From Rhina ancylostomus (taxonomy: Eukaryota): DNA of 64,000 nt. The notes beneath the pieces are model-generated. The model was not told the origin of the DNA. It worked only from the letters and a program-made list of their open reading frames with translations, and ran no database searches. Positions 13,464 to 27,110 of the stretch are shown here, in pieces (position 1 is the first letter of the stretch; every line of letters starts with the position of its first letter). The DNA lies in NCBI GenBank assembly GCA_030265395.1, contig JARFYF010000051.1:25379515-25443514 (forward strand). Direction: 5' to 3'. Both the position numbers and the translations under genes were made by a program.

Positions 13464-13746
13464 NNNNNNNNNNNNNNNNNNNNNNNNNNNNNNNNNNNNN
13501 NNNNNNNNNNNNNNNNNNNNNNNNNNNNNNNNNNNNNNNNNNNNNNNNNNNNNNNNNNNNNNNNNNNNNNNNNNNNNNNNNNNNNNNNNNNNNNNNNNNN
13601 NNNNNAACCACCCTCAGTCTATCGTTTACAGTGCGATTAAGAGAATCTTAGTCAGAGGCCTAGGGCAAGTCATCTATCTGAGCTACTGTGCAATGCCCAG
13701 CAAGAGAGAGGAATAAATTAGGAGGATAGAGATGTTTTTGTTGTAG

Positions 13747-14470
13747 GCAAGGTAGATTGTATAATATTAAGGATACAATAAAACAGATTAAAGAATGCTC
13801 ACACCAGAAGCACAACATCATAAATAACCTGGAGGTATTTCAACTTTAACCTTTGAAAATTGGTTGTCAACTACAATAGTCACCTTCTGAAGTCTTGATC
13901 ATTACTACAGCTGCCTGCTAAAGAACTCCAAGCAATAAGGTGTGAATTTGACCATTAAAAAGACAAGGCCACGCTCTCTGTAGCCACAGTGGACTAAGAA
14001 ATCAATCAGATAATTATTACTAACATTTTTTCAGAACTTTATAACTCCTGTGGGCCACAAGAGGATCTATATGAAAAGAACGAAATCCTAAAACATTTGT
14101 TGTGCTTGGTGGATTTATCAGCATCAGGTAATATTAATGTTGGGTTTGCATTTGAGCAAAATCCTATAATATATATGTTTTCTGTTTCTATTTTATATTC
14201 CCACATTTGTTCTCTCAGTCCTTCCCTTCCCCCTTCTTTATCTTTGTCCTTGTTCCAACATCTAGCAATCCTTTTTTCCCATGTGTGCTTCAAGTGAGTT
14301 GCATTAATAGCTAAGGTCACTCAACTTCTGGGAGCATTTTATAACTCTATATATGCCTAAATTTCCAAGCTAGATGCAGTACTTTCTTTTCATATTCTGT
14401 TCAATCATTCAGACTGGGGACATTTTGGGAGGAAGCAAAAGTAGATAAGACTTCTTGGATCAAGGGTAGG
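13747..14470 (+). pseudogene. Cluster of three spectrin-repeat exon relics
   Basis: 13747-13939 gives TWRYFNFN/TFENWLSTT. 14035-14127 is flanked by ttttcag|...cag|gtaat and gives LYNSCGPQEDLYEKNEILKHLL. About 14405-14470 gives SDWGHFGRKQK*I/TSWIK. Confidence 0.55.
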
Positions 14471-14857
14471 TCATTATTTACACTTGCATAGATTGATTCA
14501 ACCTGCTCCTCTTTTCACTGCATCTGTTCATTGGTTCTCCAGAAATATATTCAATAAGTAGGAGCAGAGAAATTATGCACACTTCCTCCTCCACACAGTG
14601 TGTTAAAATCAAGATTCAACACACAGAGACAGAATTTCATCTTTGCACATAATATACATTTTCAGTTGAGGCTGCATGTTGTAAACTCTACTCCCGAATT
14701 TCACTGACATCAAAGGAACCAAAATTCTGAAGCACAATATAATCTACTGCTGCTAAAATATATGTTGCATTTAGTGCCAAGTACTGTGGAGAAAATAAAA
14801 CAGGAATTGCCAGAAGCAGTTAGTAGGTCAGGCAGCATCTGTGGAAAGAGAAACAGA

Positions 14858-15225
14858 GTCATAAAATCATAGAGAGGCACAGCACTGAAACAGATTCTGG
14901 CCCACTGAGTCCATGATGACCATCAACCACCCATTTACTCTAATCCCACATTAATCCTATTTTTATTTTATTCTCCCTGCATTCTCATCAACTACTCCCA
15001 AATTCTACTCCTCATCTACAAACAAGAGGCAATATACAGCAGCCAATTAACCTACCAACAAGCACACATTTGGGATGTGGGAGGAAAATGGAGAGCCCAG
15101 AGGATACCCACACGGTAACAGCGAGGACTTGTAACCTCCACTCAGACAGCATCGGATGTCAGGATTCAACCCAGGTCTCTGGCTCTGTGAGGCAGCAGCT
15201 CTACCAGCTCTATCACTGTGCCAAT
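14858..15225 (-). mobile_element. tRNA-derived V-SINE (HE1-like) with CR1-type tail
   Basis: Reverse strand reads gcacagtg..gtagagctgctgcctcacagagccagagacctgggttgaatcctga..gtggag, then core and CR1-like tail. Confidence 0.85.
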
Positions 15226-16269
15226 CCTGAACTTACATTTTGTATTGGAGGCCCTTAGTCAGAACTGCACATCAGTGACCTAAAAGCTTTTACAAAGCCT
15301 TGGACCCATTGAGAAAATGAAAGCCTTATTCCCCATCCCAATGAGTGGAAACCCGTACCCACTTGCTTCCAACTGAGTATTGGACTTTAATTTTGTAGAA
15401 CTCCTTAATTTTCCCATTACTTACCCAGTCATTTATAAAAACCCATATGTATAAATATTTTAATTTATTATTACTATTATTGAGTTTTGATGTTTCAATT
15501 TTTTTCTCAAAATATTTTTTTGAAAAGAGTTTAAAGCAACCTTTATAATTTTTAGATGTTTCTGTATATCAGAGACATATAAAAACATTTAACAAGCCTA
15601 AGACACTTTGACAAGAGGAGAGCCTCACTCTCCATCAGTGCTTCCTGTCAAAGGCTGGCAGTGCAGTATTGGGAAACTGAGCAATATGCCATCTGAAACC
15701 TCATTATACCTTACTGCCCATCCCTGGGATCAGAAGATCCTGGATGACTGGATAATTGAGTCACCTGTTCAAAGTTGGTATGGGAGGCACGTCTGGGCAA
15801 TGTGGCAATCAAGCACAAATCAGCCCATTGTGTCACACAAGCCCTGCCTCTATGTTATGCCTCACCACCTTTGTTGGAATAGCTACAGCAAGCAATTTAT
15901 GATGATGGCCTTGCAAAATTTGTTAATGTTTATCACGTCAGCAGTGACTACAGGTGGCTAACCACCAGAAGCAAGTTTTGGTCCACTTTAAGGAGTCCTT
16001 TTTTATTAATATTCAGAATTAATTACACAAAGGTAAATGTTCTTTCCACTTTATCATATTGACTATTTTACGAGGTGACCACATCTTGCAAAACTTGGCA
16101 CAGCCAATACTCCAGTCCTGGCATTGACCTCATAAGGTAAGAAATAAGACCATTGTTAATACTGAATGACTATCATTGTATGTTTGGACATGTTAGACCA
16201 CAATATAGAACAAGCTTTCACTCTGACTTTACAAATGCAAAGATGCAATTATTTATTTATTCACTTCCA

Positions 16270-17335
16270 TGCACACTGGAGAGCAATTGGGCTGACAGGT
16301 TCAGAATGACTGAACAATCCATTTTATATGCAACTTGAATAAAAGATATGGTGGGCCCATATATTCATTGTTGATAGTAATTTAAATTTTTAATGCTGCA
16401 TTGAAACATTCTGGAAACTACAGATTCGGAGATTTTAATAGTTTTAATGATCATCTAGGTTTGACAAGATTAAGCAGGAATTGCAGAAAAGTGTGTTCCT
16501 TATGTTTGGAAATGAGCAACACTCTACTGCTAAACTCAGTTTCTTAACCCTTGCTGCTTCATATCTTTCAACATAAAAGAGGAGTAACTTACTAGAATAT
16601 AGAATTGCAAAGGAATATGCCCATGTCACTCAAGAGAAATGGAAAAATGTATGGAGTACTTCCAAAAAGGCACCTATTTACCTTCAACACTAACGTCAGG
16701 ATGTCACAAGGACAACTGAGAATCAAAGAAAATAAACTAATGTCACAATAATTGAAAATATTTTGTTATGTGAAGATCCATTTGTAGGACTTTTCTGAAG
16801 GGAATTTAATTACCATATCACTAAGTCTGACCTCTTGTCTGAGATTGCAGATCCACACCTTACACTTAGAACTAAGTGAGCTGATTCATGGAAGGAAACA
16901 AAGGAGACAATTTAACCAGGAGACTATATCAGATTTCAAAATAGTCTGAGAAATGATTAAATAAGTCTTTTTTGGCACAATTTTTGTTTTTAAATTTGCA
17001 GCTTGCCAAATGTAATTACCAAATGTTTAATTAATTTTAAAGTTTTCCTAATATCACGCAATTTATCATCTTATGAAATTTCCTTAACTTCTGTTTTACT
17101 ATTTAAGTTTGTTAGTTTACTGATTTGTTGTGAATGTACTTGGTTAAGGAAATCTCTGTGTCTATGAAGAGCAATGTCCTGAAAAGATTTATGACAATTT
17201 CTTCTGTTCAATGTTTTAGCAAGACTGAAAATTTGTTTGTTTGGAAAGTGCCTTTGATCATTCTAGAAACACCAAGATAGCAACCCTGCAGAAACATGTT
17301 TACAATCTCACTACACATAGCCATCAGAAGAATTT
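16270..17335 (+). pseudogene. Spectrin-repeat exon relics
   Basis: LESNWADRF..AT*IKDM; FDKIKQELQK..VTQEKWKNVW; CLESAFDHSRNTKIATLQKHVYNL. Confidence 0.5.
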
Positions 17336-18143
17336 TTACCTTTTTTTTGTAATTTTCTCAGCCATATCTTATAAATATTTATGATTCATAAATTCAGCTT
17401 ACAATTTGTAAATAATTACCATATTGTTTCTTTTTGCAGTTAGGATGTCTGGGATAATTTGCTAAATTTAAATATCTGAAACCTATTATCCACTGGAGCC
17501 TTTTCATTAGCTTATTACTTGTTTTGTGTCTCTGCCAACCTAATAATGAGAATATAGAAGTACAGGCTCTGTAAACTTGGGTGAGTATCAGAGGTTTTAC
17601 ATTGTAACCTAATTCTCAGATTACACCAGGAGAACATTATAAAGTTTTCTCCTTTATACCATTCAGTGGCTACATTATGTAATGCATTATGGTTAATAAA
17701 CCACCATTGGCTCCTTCTTACTTTGTTCTATAAGGCATCAGATATGAAGTTTTTTAATGGCAGAATTTTGGTAAGCTTGAAAGATCCAATGCTCCAATAT
17801 TAGTTGTGTATGTATATCAGTATACTTCTAAATAATTCACATATGTCTCTATATTTTGAGGAAATATATACCTTTACTGGTGTAGTTACAAATATTGTAT
17901 GAGAGCAAACATTTAAAAATATATTTTACGTAGACATTTTGCATTTTGATCGCTGAATATCAGTTTGATTATTTTCTTGTGTGATAACTAACCACAATGA
18001 TACATATTACAGAATAAATATTTTTATCACAGAATAAATGATTATCAGAACATAAATATTTAAAATGAAGCAAACTGAAAAAGAAATATGAAATATCTGC
18101 CACTAGGTCCTTTGGCTATCCTTAATATTTGATTCTCTTTTAG

Positions 18144-18880
18144 GGAAATACCTTTCAATTATCAGCTTAATGTATTCAGCAAGTCTAAAAGATGGTGGCA
18201 TGAACTGTACAGCAGTGGATCACAAACAACTTGGATGTCACAACATATAACCTATTGGAGGTCTAAAGCTGCAGAGCCCCAGTGAAATTCCATTTCCAGC
18301 CTGTAAACATTGTTCTTCCACAAGGAAATCAGTATAGAAGTGAACAAGCTGAAACAATGCATAAACCAAGGGGCAGCATTACACCCACTCAAGCTGCATT
18401 TTGCATGATATGTCGTGGCAAAAATAATTGCCCTGAAGTCCATTTGGAAATTACACTGCACTAGGTTACAATAGAGCAGAAACTCAGCGTTAGAAGGTAG
18501 TATCTGAAAGCATCTGAGCATTTAAATGTAGGACAAAACAGGTTGATAGTCATTTGTCAGATATGTACAGAGAAATTCAATTGCACTGGAATTGTAATGT
18601 GTAATGAGACTCACCAGTTTAGTATGATAAAATTCACATCTGAAATGTGTGTATGCACCTCATTGACATGATTGCAGCATTCAGCCAATTCCAACTTCCC
18701 CATTTTTAACATTGCCATATATTCACATGGTGTAGTTTTAAGAGTCGATAGCACCAGTTGAACCTAACTGAAGTCTTACTTGCAACTCTTAAAAGGAGAT
18801 CTATCAATTACTGCTGAAAGTCACTGCATAACACAAGAAAGTTTAACTCAATTTCTGGCACATGAAGCAAAGAAGAGGTC
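18144..18880 (+). pseudogene. Spectrin-repeat exon relics
   Basis: cttttag| acceptor. TVQQWIT / KEISIEVNKLKQCINQGAAL..VVAKIIALKSIWKL is an almost complete helix A-B-C pattern. HQLNLTEVLLATLKRRS follows at ~18745. Confidence 0.6.
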
Positions 18881-19704
18881 ACCATGATACTAAGAGAAGA
18901 CACTCAATGTACCAGTAAAGAAGGTATAGATCATGAAAGAGGTTCTTCATGTTCAGAGGCACACAAGTCTTCCAGGTCAGGAATGAAATAACTGAGAGTT
19001 GGGAGGTGGGGAAGCATGGCTACAGAGACAATTGCCAGAAGTAGTGATGAAAAGAATGAATTTAACACAAGAGAAAGTATCACGTCTTCATGCACATAGT
19101 CAAGATCTGTGAGCACATCAACAGATCCCAGCTCCCAATATATTTCTATACTGCTCCATGATGTTGTACGTGTCATTTATATGACAATAATTTCTATCAA
19201 TCATTAAACAGACCTAACATTTATGATGATGTCACAACCACAAATATATCACTACTCCAACACCTACACACATTATTCACCACTCTGACTCATGGTGACA
19301 CACTCAGTAATAAACTACACTCTGTCTTGCAGGGGAAAGTGGCACAATAACTACTGCCAGCAGCAATAACATATGCACAAACTCAATGAAAACAGTGCTG
19401 GCTATTATTAGAACATCCACAACAGAGCCTGTGGCCAGTACTGATCCAGTGATCATTGAAGATTACTGCACTCATACCTGATCTTCCTACTAACATCCAT
19501 AGTATATTCTGGTCTACAAGATGTTACTAGTTTATGCATTCTCCTTCAACTTGCCTTCTTCCCTCACCATAAACATAATTCTGTGCCTGTGTCCTTTTTA
19601 GATTCCTAGGAACATCTAACTGCCCAGGCCCTGGTTACTAAGTGGGATTAAACTGCAGAACACATCCCTCTATCCCATCAACACACTCAGGCAATAGTTA
19701 GTCC

Positions 19705-21012
19705 AACATCAGTAAGAGAGAAAATGATGAAATCTAGGATTAAATGGCAACAGAGCACTTTGATAATAGGATTGGGCAGAGTCAAAATGGATTTATGAAA
19801 GGGAACTCATGTTGGACAAATCTGTTGGAGATTTTTGAGGTTATAACCAGTGGAACAGATGAGGTAGAGCCAGTTGGCATGGTGTATGTGGACTTTCAGG
19901 AGACCTTTAATAAGGTAGTTCACTAGAGGTTATTAAATAACATTATAGCATACAGCATTGGGGCTAATTTACCAGCATGGATTGATTGGGGAATAGGAAT
20001 AGATAGTAAGGTTATTTTTAGCTTGAGAGGCTGTGACTTGTAGAGTTCTTCAGGTATCAGTCTGGGATTCAGCTGTTCATAATCTAAATCCATGATTTAC
20101 TTGAGAAAATCAATTATAATTTATCCAAGCCTGCTAATAAAACAAAGCTGGATGGTAGACTGGGCTTGAGGAGGATGCAGAAAAGCTTCAGCTGGAGAAA
20201 GACAGGTCAACTGAATGTGCAAGGACAAATGGAATATAATGTGGAAAAATATACTTCAATGAAAAAAAATTAAAAAGTCAAGAGTTTTTTTTAAATAGTG
20301 AGAAAATGAAAAGTGTACCGTATTTGTCCTGGGGGGGCCAGTGTTATCTTTGTAAACAAATTGCTGAAAGTTATGATTCCACTACAACAAGCATTTATGA
20401 AGGTAAACAGCATGTTGGCTTTTATTGCAAGAAGATTTGAGTACAATAGTAAAGACATTTATTGGAATCACACAGGGCCCTAGTGAGGTGACACTTGGAA
20501 TACTGTGTACAGGTGTCATCTCCCAAATGAAGGAATGATATACACAAATAGACTGAGTGCAATAAGTGTTCACAAGATTAATTCCTGGGACATAGGGATT
20601 GTTCAATAAGGAGAGATTATGCATATTGGGTGGATTTTCTCTCGAGTTTAACGAATGAAAGGTGATCTCATTCAAACGTATAAAACTCTAACTGGGCATG
20701 ACAAAGTAGATGCAGAAATGATAGCTGGGTTGTCTAAAATGAAGAGCTACAATCTTAAGACAAGGGGTCAACTTCAGAAATTTCCTCATCCAAAGTGTAG
20801 CAAATCAGTGGATTTTCTACCAACGAGGGCTATGAACACTCAGTATATTCAAGACAACAGTGAATGGATTTTTGGGTGTTAAGGGAATCAATGGATATGG
20901 AATAAGTACAAGAAATTTACAATAAGGTCAGAGCTCAGCAATTTCCTTACAGAATAGTGGATCAGACACATGGGACAAAATAACTTCCTCCTGCTTTAAT
21001 TCTTATGCTTTT
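19705..21012 (+). mobile_element. 5'-truncated decayed CR1 LINE
   Basis: SQNGFMKGNSCWTNLLEIFE..VYVDFQETFNKV, MKGDLIQTYK, and tail cctcctgctttaattcttatg. Confidence 0.9.
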
Positions 21013-21069
21013 ATACATACTTCACATAAAACCTTCTTGGCATTCAATATGATGCAGTACTGAGTCTTG

Positions 21070-21355
21070 CTGGCCTTGGTGGTTTTAGTGAATTCCATAG
21101 ATGGTGGAGAATGCATTGTCTCTGATCATTTCTGCCTGGATGTTTCTGCTCTTAAAAGACAAGCAGACATCCTCTGGCACTCTTCCTACTGGAAGATTTC
21201 TAAAAAGAGAACAGAAAACCAAAAAGACAATTTATTGGAGACCTTTCAATAGTTATATCAAATAGTTATTTGGGACCTACTCCTCATTAGCCAGCTCTCA
21301 CACCAAATCTCTTTAACAACGGAAACCTGTTCATGAATATTGGCTAAGGTTAATG
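21070..21355 (+). pseudogene. Spectrin-repeat exon relic
   Basis: ISAWM / LLEDF*KE / ENQKDNLLETFQ*LYQI; donor atg|gtaagt. Confidence 0.5.
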
Positions 21356-21954
21356 GTAAGTGCAGTACAGTTGGTTTCCATCCATTTTGAATGAGTGGCC
21401 ATCTAGATCTTGCCTATTTAACTGTGGGCCTGGAGTATTTGCTTTATTTTAAGGAGCATATAGGATACATTTTTGAAGCAGTGTTTGCAATTTTTATAAT
21501 GCCTCTCAGTAGGTAATTCTATAAGGGGAAAACACTGGATAATACAATTATTTCCTCTTTAACCAATTATTACAGTTTAATTATAATTCTGCACAATCTC
21601 CTTAATGCCATTTTCTATATTCTGTTGCCATAGTTTGGCTTGGCAATCTTTAAAGATTCATTATTTAACATTAAAATGTGAAGAATAAGATTCAATAAGA
21701 GAAAAAATTTATTAACATTGATAATCACTTCAAATAACTAGTCTCACTTCATTTTCTGAGTTAAATCAGATACTTTGCAATAGTATTCCATCATAAATGA
21801 CTTCATCTGAGCTGTGATTTTGGCAGACAGAGCTATGCATTAAGTTACATGTTTCAGGTCAAAGACGTATTCCACAATAGTTCATTATAAGACAGGACCT
21901 CAGCAATTGTATCTGTGATACTGATGGGACCAACACTAAGGTAATTGACCTCAT

Positions 21955-22450
21955 GGAGGTATAAAACTTTACAGCACAGAAACAGGCCCTTCAGCCCATC
22001 ACATCCATGCTGACCTTTTTGCCCATCTACACTAACCCTATTTACCCACATTAGGTCTGTATCCTTCTTTGCCTTGCCTACTTAAGTGTCTGTCTAAATC
22101 TAAGAGCCGTAGCACCAATTCTTGCTGTANNNNNNNNNNNNNNNNNNNNNNNNNNNNNNNNNNNNNNNNNNNNNNNNNNNNNNNNNNNNNNNNNNNNNNN
22201 NNNNNNNNNNNTATCCTGACTCCAGTCGTGTATTGGTGTGCCGCATTTGGGTTCTCTGAGTTTGATCTGGATCAACACTGTGACACATATAGACAGTGTC
22301 TTTCACCCTGCCTTCTTCAATATTCTTAGTTACTTCTTCGAAAACCTCAATCAAATTAGTGTGGCAGGATTTCCCCTGCACAAAGCCATGCTGACTATCC
22401 CTGACCATATGTTTCCTTTCTTTTCTGATCAAACCTTCAGTATTCTCCAA
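21955..22450 (-). mobile_element. CR1 fragments (tail and RT) around a gap
   Basis: DSQHGFVQGKSCHTNLIEVFEEVTK on the - strand; tail at 21955-22100. Confidence 0.85.
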
Positions 22451-24794
22451 TAGTTCCCATTCTTCACTTACATAATTTTTTTCTTCAACCGTTATAACAA
22501 CTAACAGGAAAATTATGAAGCATGCACATGAAGTGTAAAATGTCATAAAGATTTGCATTTGCAACATGACTTGTCACATCTCATAACAACATCTGAAAGT
22601 CCTTCACACAATGAATTAGCTCCAGTACATGTTGACCTTTATGTCGCAAGTATTACTTTCTAGGAACTTTCCACTGAGCTGTCAATCACTGCAAATACAA
22701 AAAGATGCAAATTATAATAGTGTATAAATAATATGGGCACTGATGCTACGGGGAATCTATACACTGCGCTTGCACTTAATGAAAAGAGGAATATAAACCA
22801 CAACATGATGGAGATAAGTGTTCTCTCTTTAATTGACTGGGGTAGAAAATGTCATTTCTCCTTTTCCTGGATCTGCAAAGGAAATGAAATTACAGCTGCA
22901 TCTTTGTCCTTTTCAGCTCGATCCCCAGTTGAAATGCCATAAGGCTCCTATTGAAGGAAGAACTCCCTTTAATGCATGCATTTATTAGACTCTTGCCTGC
23001 TTTAGGTGTGCTCCTCATTCAGCATCGAGAAATCTGTTTATTATTATTCAAAATTGCAAGAGAAGATTGAGTTCCAATTTGTATAAGAAATCTGCTCCTT
23101 TTTAACCATCTGACAAGCCCTGGTGGAAATCCTATTGATATATCTCAGTATTGTCAGTGAGAGTTCAAAGAAGTCCTAGTACTGCTACTATGGAGACCCA
23201 CCTATTTAGACATTAACAATTATTGGCAGGTTGATATTAGTACAATGAGTTTTTTTAAATCCCCATCCTTTGTCATTGTTAATATTAATAAAGATTTCTG
23301 CCAACTGGAATTGTTATGGACTTAACCACACAAAAATTAGAGAAAACATCTGTGGAAATAATGAAGGATAATAATAAATGGAGATTATACCTCCAAATTT
23401 GTAAATTGAATCAAAATGCCAAAGAATATTTTCTGAAGAACAAACTGATTTTGAAATGCTTGGATCTGGTCCAACCAAAAAGTGACCAAAGAACTATTTA
23501 AAAAAATAAACATTTCTGGTAGACTGAATCAATAGCTTGAAATGATTGGCCAAAGAAATGGTTCAAAGGAGAAATTGGAGACTGCTGGTATTCCTCAGTT
23601 AGTTTTACCATCTCCTGTTAGTTGTCTGAAAATAGCAGGAAACATGTAGAAATGATCACAACTGTATTCCTGTTCTTGCTGAGACAGCACTTGTGCTTTA
23701 GTTGGGCTCAGCTTTTCCATACAAGTACAAGTGCTGGGTACAGAATTCAATCACTCCTCCACATCCCCAGGCAGTCCAAGCAACAGAACAGATCTTGAAA
23801 GTTATTATGCTAAAGGGTCAATTTATATATTTTTCTTAATGTTATTTTTCTTATCTTAAAGCAAAAACAAAGCCAAAAGGAAAAGATCACCTCGGGAGCA
23901 CTTATTTCACAAAGCACACAACACAAACAACACAGAAATATATTTTACTCCTCCAACCTCAATCCACTGCAGTGTAAATGTCCACCTGCCTCCTCTGCTT
24001 TGAGGGACGCATGTAAATAAATTGGAATAGCTAAGGGCTGATCTCTGCAGGACTAGGTGAGTTTCTAAGTGATCATTTCACTCACCCAACCCTACCTGAA
24101 GTTCAATTCAAGGCCTGGAAGTTAAACCCACCTACACCAATCTCTGTCCAAAAAATAGGGAATGACCTTATTAAATACTGTACTAGAGGCAATGAATCCC
24201 CTTAATCATGAGTAATAACTAGAATGGGCTCAAAATGAATGCCATGAAGGAGAATGAGAATGAACAAAGAATGAAAAGTAAACAATCCAGGGAAAAGAAT
24301 TAGTAAGCTGACATGACATCACTACACATCAATGCTTTCTCTGTGGGTGCATTTATCAACATCTATCATGGAAGTATTGATTTTTCTTTGTAATCCTGAA
24401 GCATGAGGGTAGATAATTTCCTCAACCAACAGACAGCAGGGCAGGCCAGCAGTGCAGTAGATTGGTTTTCTGACGCTTGGCAAAACAGAATAATGGAACA
24501 CTGATTCACATCGTGATCTGTTGCACAAAGCCAGACTCTGTTACACAATATCACCAGAGAGAGGGTGACAGGCATGGAAAGCAATGTTCTTCACTGAAAG
24601 GAGTGAGGGAAAACGACAAGTTATCTGGGGTCATTTTTGCATCAGGCCTCACAGACTCTGGCATAAGCTTTGGCCATTATCTACACTGAAGAATGTCATT
24701 AAAGCAATAGGGCAGTTAAGGTGGCAAACAACTAATAATTCATCAGAAAAACATTATAGACCTTTTCCAAGATTCCTGAATCTCAGTGAGCAAA

Positions 24795-25325
24795 AGTATT
24801 GGTTTATTATTGTCACAGGCACTGAGACACAGTGAAAAGCTTTTGTTTGCATGCCATCAAAACAGATCATTCCATAAGTAAGTACATCAAGGCAGTAAAA
24901 AGAAAACAGAATGCAGAATATAGTGTTGCAGTTACAGAGAAAGTGCAGTGCAGGCAGTCAAATAAAATGCAAGGGCCACAAGGAGGGAGACTGGGAGATC
25001 AAGAGTTCATCTTTTAGTAGATGTGAGGTCCATTTGGGAGTCTGGTAACAGTGGGACAGAAGCTATCCTTGAGTCTGGTGGTACGCAGTCCCAAGCTTTT
25101 GTATCTCTTGCTTGACGGGAGAAGGGAGAAGGGAAAATGACCAGGGTGGAAGGGTCCTTTATTATGTTAGTTGCTTTCCTGAGGCAGCTGAAGATCCTGA
25201 GACAGAATCAATGGGGGTGGGGGGTGGGGGGGGGTGCTGGTTTGCATGATGGATTGGGCTGTGTTCACAACTCTGCAATTTCTTGCACTCCTGGTCAGAG
25301 CAGTTGCCATACCAAGCGCTGATGT
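24795..25325 (-). mobile_element. Rex1/Babar-like LINE 3' end
   Basis: Homologous to 55915-56490 and 57700-58200 (tail ggtttattattgtcaca..gtgaaaagcttttgtttgc). Confidence 0.85.
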
Positions 25326-25389
25326 AGGACGATTGGTCATTACAGTAGCTTTCCCCAGAGACAGGGCAGTAGCCTTACATATTTAAGGA

Positions 25390-27110
25390 CTAACACGAAA
25401 GACATTTTGAAGTGACAGAGCCAATCCACGAAAATATGCCTATTGTGCTTGAACAAAACTTGAGGTTGCCGTGGTCGAGGACAGCACTGAATTATGACGG
25501 TATTCAGATTAGTGTAGTGTTCAACGGTTTTCTCTTCCTTGGCAGGGCACTGAAAACAAATAAGAAATTATACACACCACAGCTATCAAGTAAAGTGTTG
25601 TAGTGATTTTCTGTGGGAAATTAAAGTGTCAACATTGCATTGATGCTGGAAAGGATTGGCGACACTTGCTGAAAAACGAGAGTATGCCGAGAAGCTGTGA
25701 GAAATAGTAACATGGCTCTTTTCCCCGGAGGTTCAGGCAGCGCTGTAACTCACTGCCAGAACCCAGTGTGTCGCCGAAGAAAGCATTTGCAAGTGCGATG
25801 CCGATGAGGCATTGGGCGAAGTTAAAGCGCCGAATCAAAATATTGTGAGAGTGAATGTTTCAAGCATGGCAACAAATTGGCAAGGCAGAGATTTCAAACA
25901 ACGTGCATCTCAAACGGGCTGCAAGAGAGAAATGAAAATAGCTGTAAATCACAGCAAATGACGTGACAGCAAATCCCTGGAAGAAATAAAGACGTCGCGG
26001 CAAAATTGAGACAAGAGAATGAACATCATGTTGAATTGCAGCAAGACATTAGAACTCCAGTGACAGTTTTGCAGTACCGCACGCTAGCTGCACATTACAG
26101 TGAGAAATTACAATATTGCGATGGATGGTCAAAGAAAATGGGAGCTTCGCACCAAGGGCTGTGACAAATGAGCTTTAAGCATGGTAATTAATCCTCAAAA
26201 GGAATTGGGATTATTATGGGTCTATCAAACCCGTTTATTGAAGGAAATGCGATGTTGGCAAAAGCCACTCAGAGAAGCAGAAATTTGTTGTGAGAAATTA
26301 AGAAATTTCCAGGAATCGTTGCCAGCAAAGGAGCGTCTGTAGTGAATTACTGCTAGAAATAAGAATGCCAGAACTTTCCTGCCATGTATAATGGCAGCTC
26401 AGCCTTGGAGGAGCGACAGATGCTACTCCCAACAAATTAAAGCACCGTGCTCAAACCCTCAAAAGAAAGAGGCGCATGGTGGAGTGTTATTGTGAGGGCT
26501 CAGAGCAGGCAACTCATCGCCGCAAGGAATCAAGAACGCGCTGACTACTGTGAAAAAAAGTCTAAATGTCTGGGGGGGGGGAAGAATAAAAAAAAGGTAA
26601 CTGTGGGGAAAAAGTGAGAGTTTTGCAAGAAATCAGGTCTAAAAAAGAGGACGGGTTCGCCACGAATTCTGTCCTGTGGCTAAAGTATTGCAGCGGATTG
26701 CAGCAAACCGGAGCGTCATGGTGAAACGCTGTGGGAAATTTGAGTACAATGGCAATAAATCCCCGTGGGAAGCTGAGCGGACTGCAGCAAGCCATTGCAG
26801 GAAGCGCCGTGGCCACGCGTTGCTATGAGAAACAAGGATGCCAGGTTAGAGCGATGGAGAGAATTATTGCACCAGACAACTATATTGTAGCAAGTCATCA
26901 CAAGAATTGAAGGGATCATATTGAGTGGTGGGGGGGGGGGGAACAACACGATTAATAGGAGACTGGGTGACAAATCATTAGAAAACTTATCATCTTTCCC
27001 AAAATAAAGAACTTCTAAAATACGCCAGGAAAAGTGAAAGGCTCACAATACGTACATCTGAGAAGGAACGGGGAGGAGCAGAAGATAACCAAAATATTAA
27101 TCTCGAAATG
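25390..27110. promoter_or_regulatory. CpG-retaining (island-like) segment
   Basis: Roughly 55-60 CpGs in about 1.7 kb by eye count, against only a handful per kb in the flanks. Confidence 0.45.

Noticed and set aside
25390-27110. Endogenous virus or foreign insertion as the cause of CpG richness
   Set aside because: No viral motifs or insertion boundaries, and the peptides are spectrin-like and continuous with the flanks.
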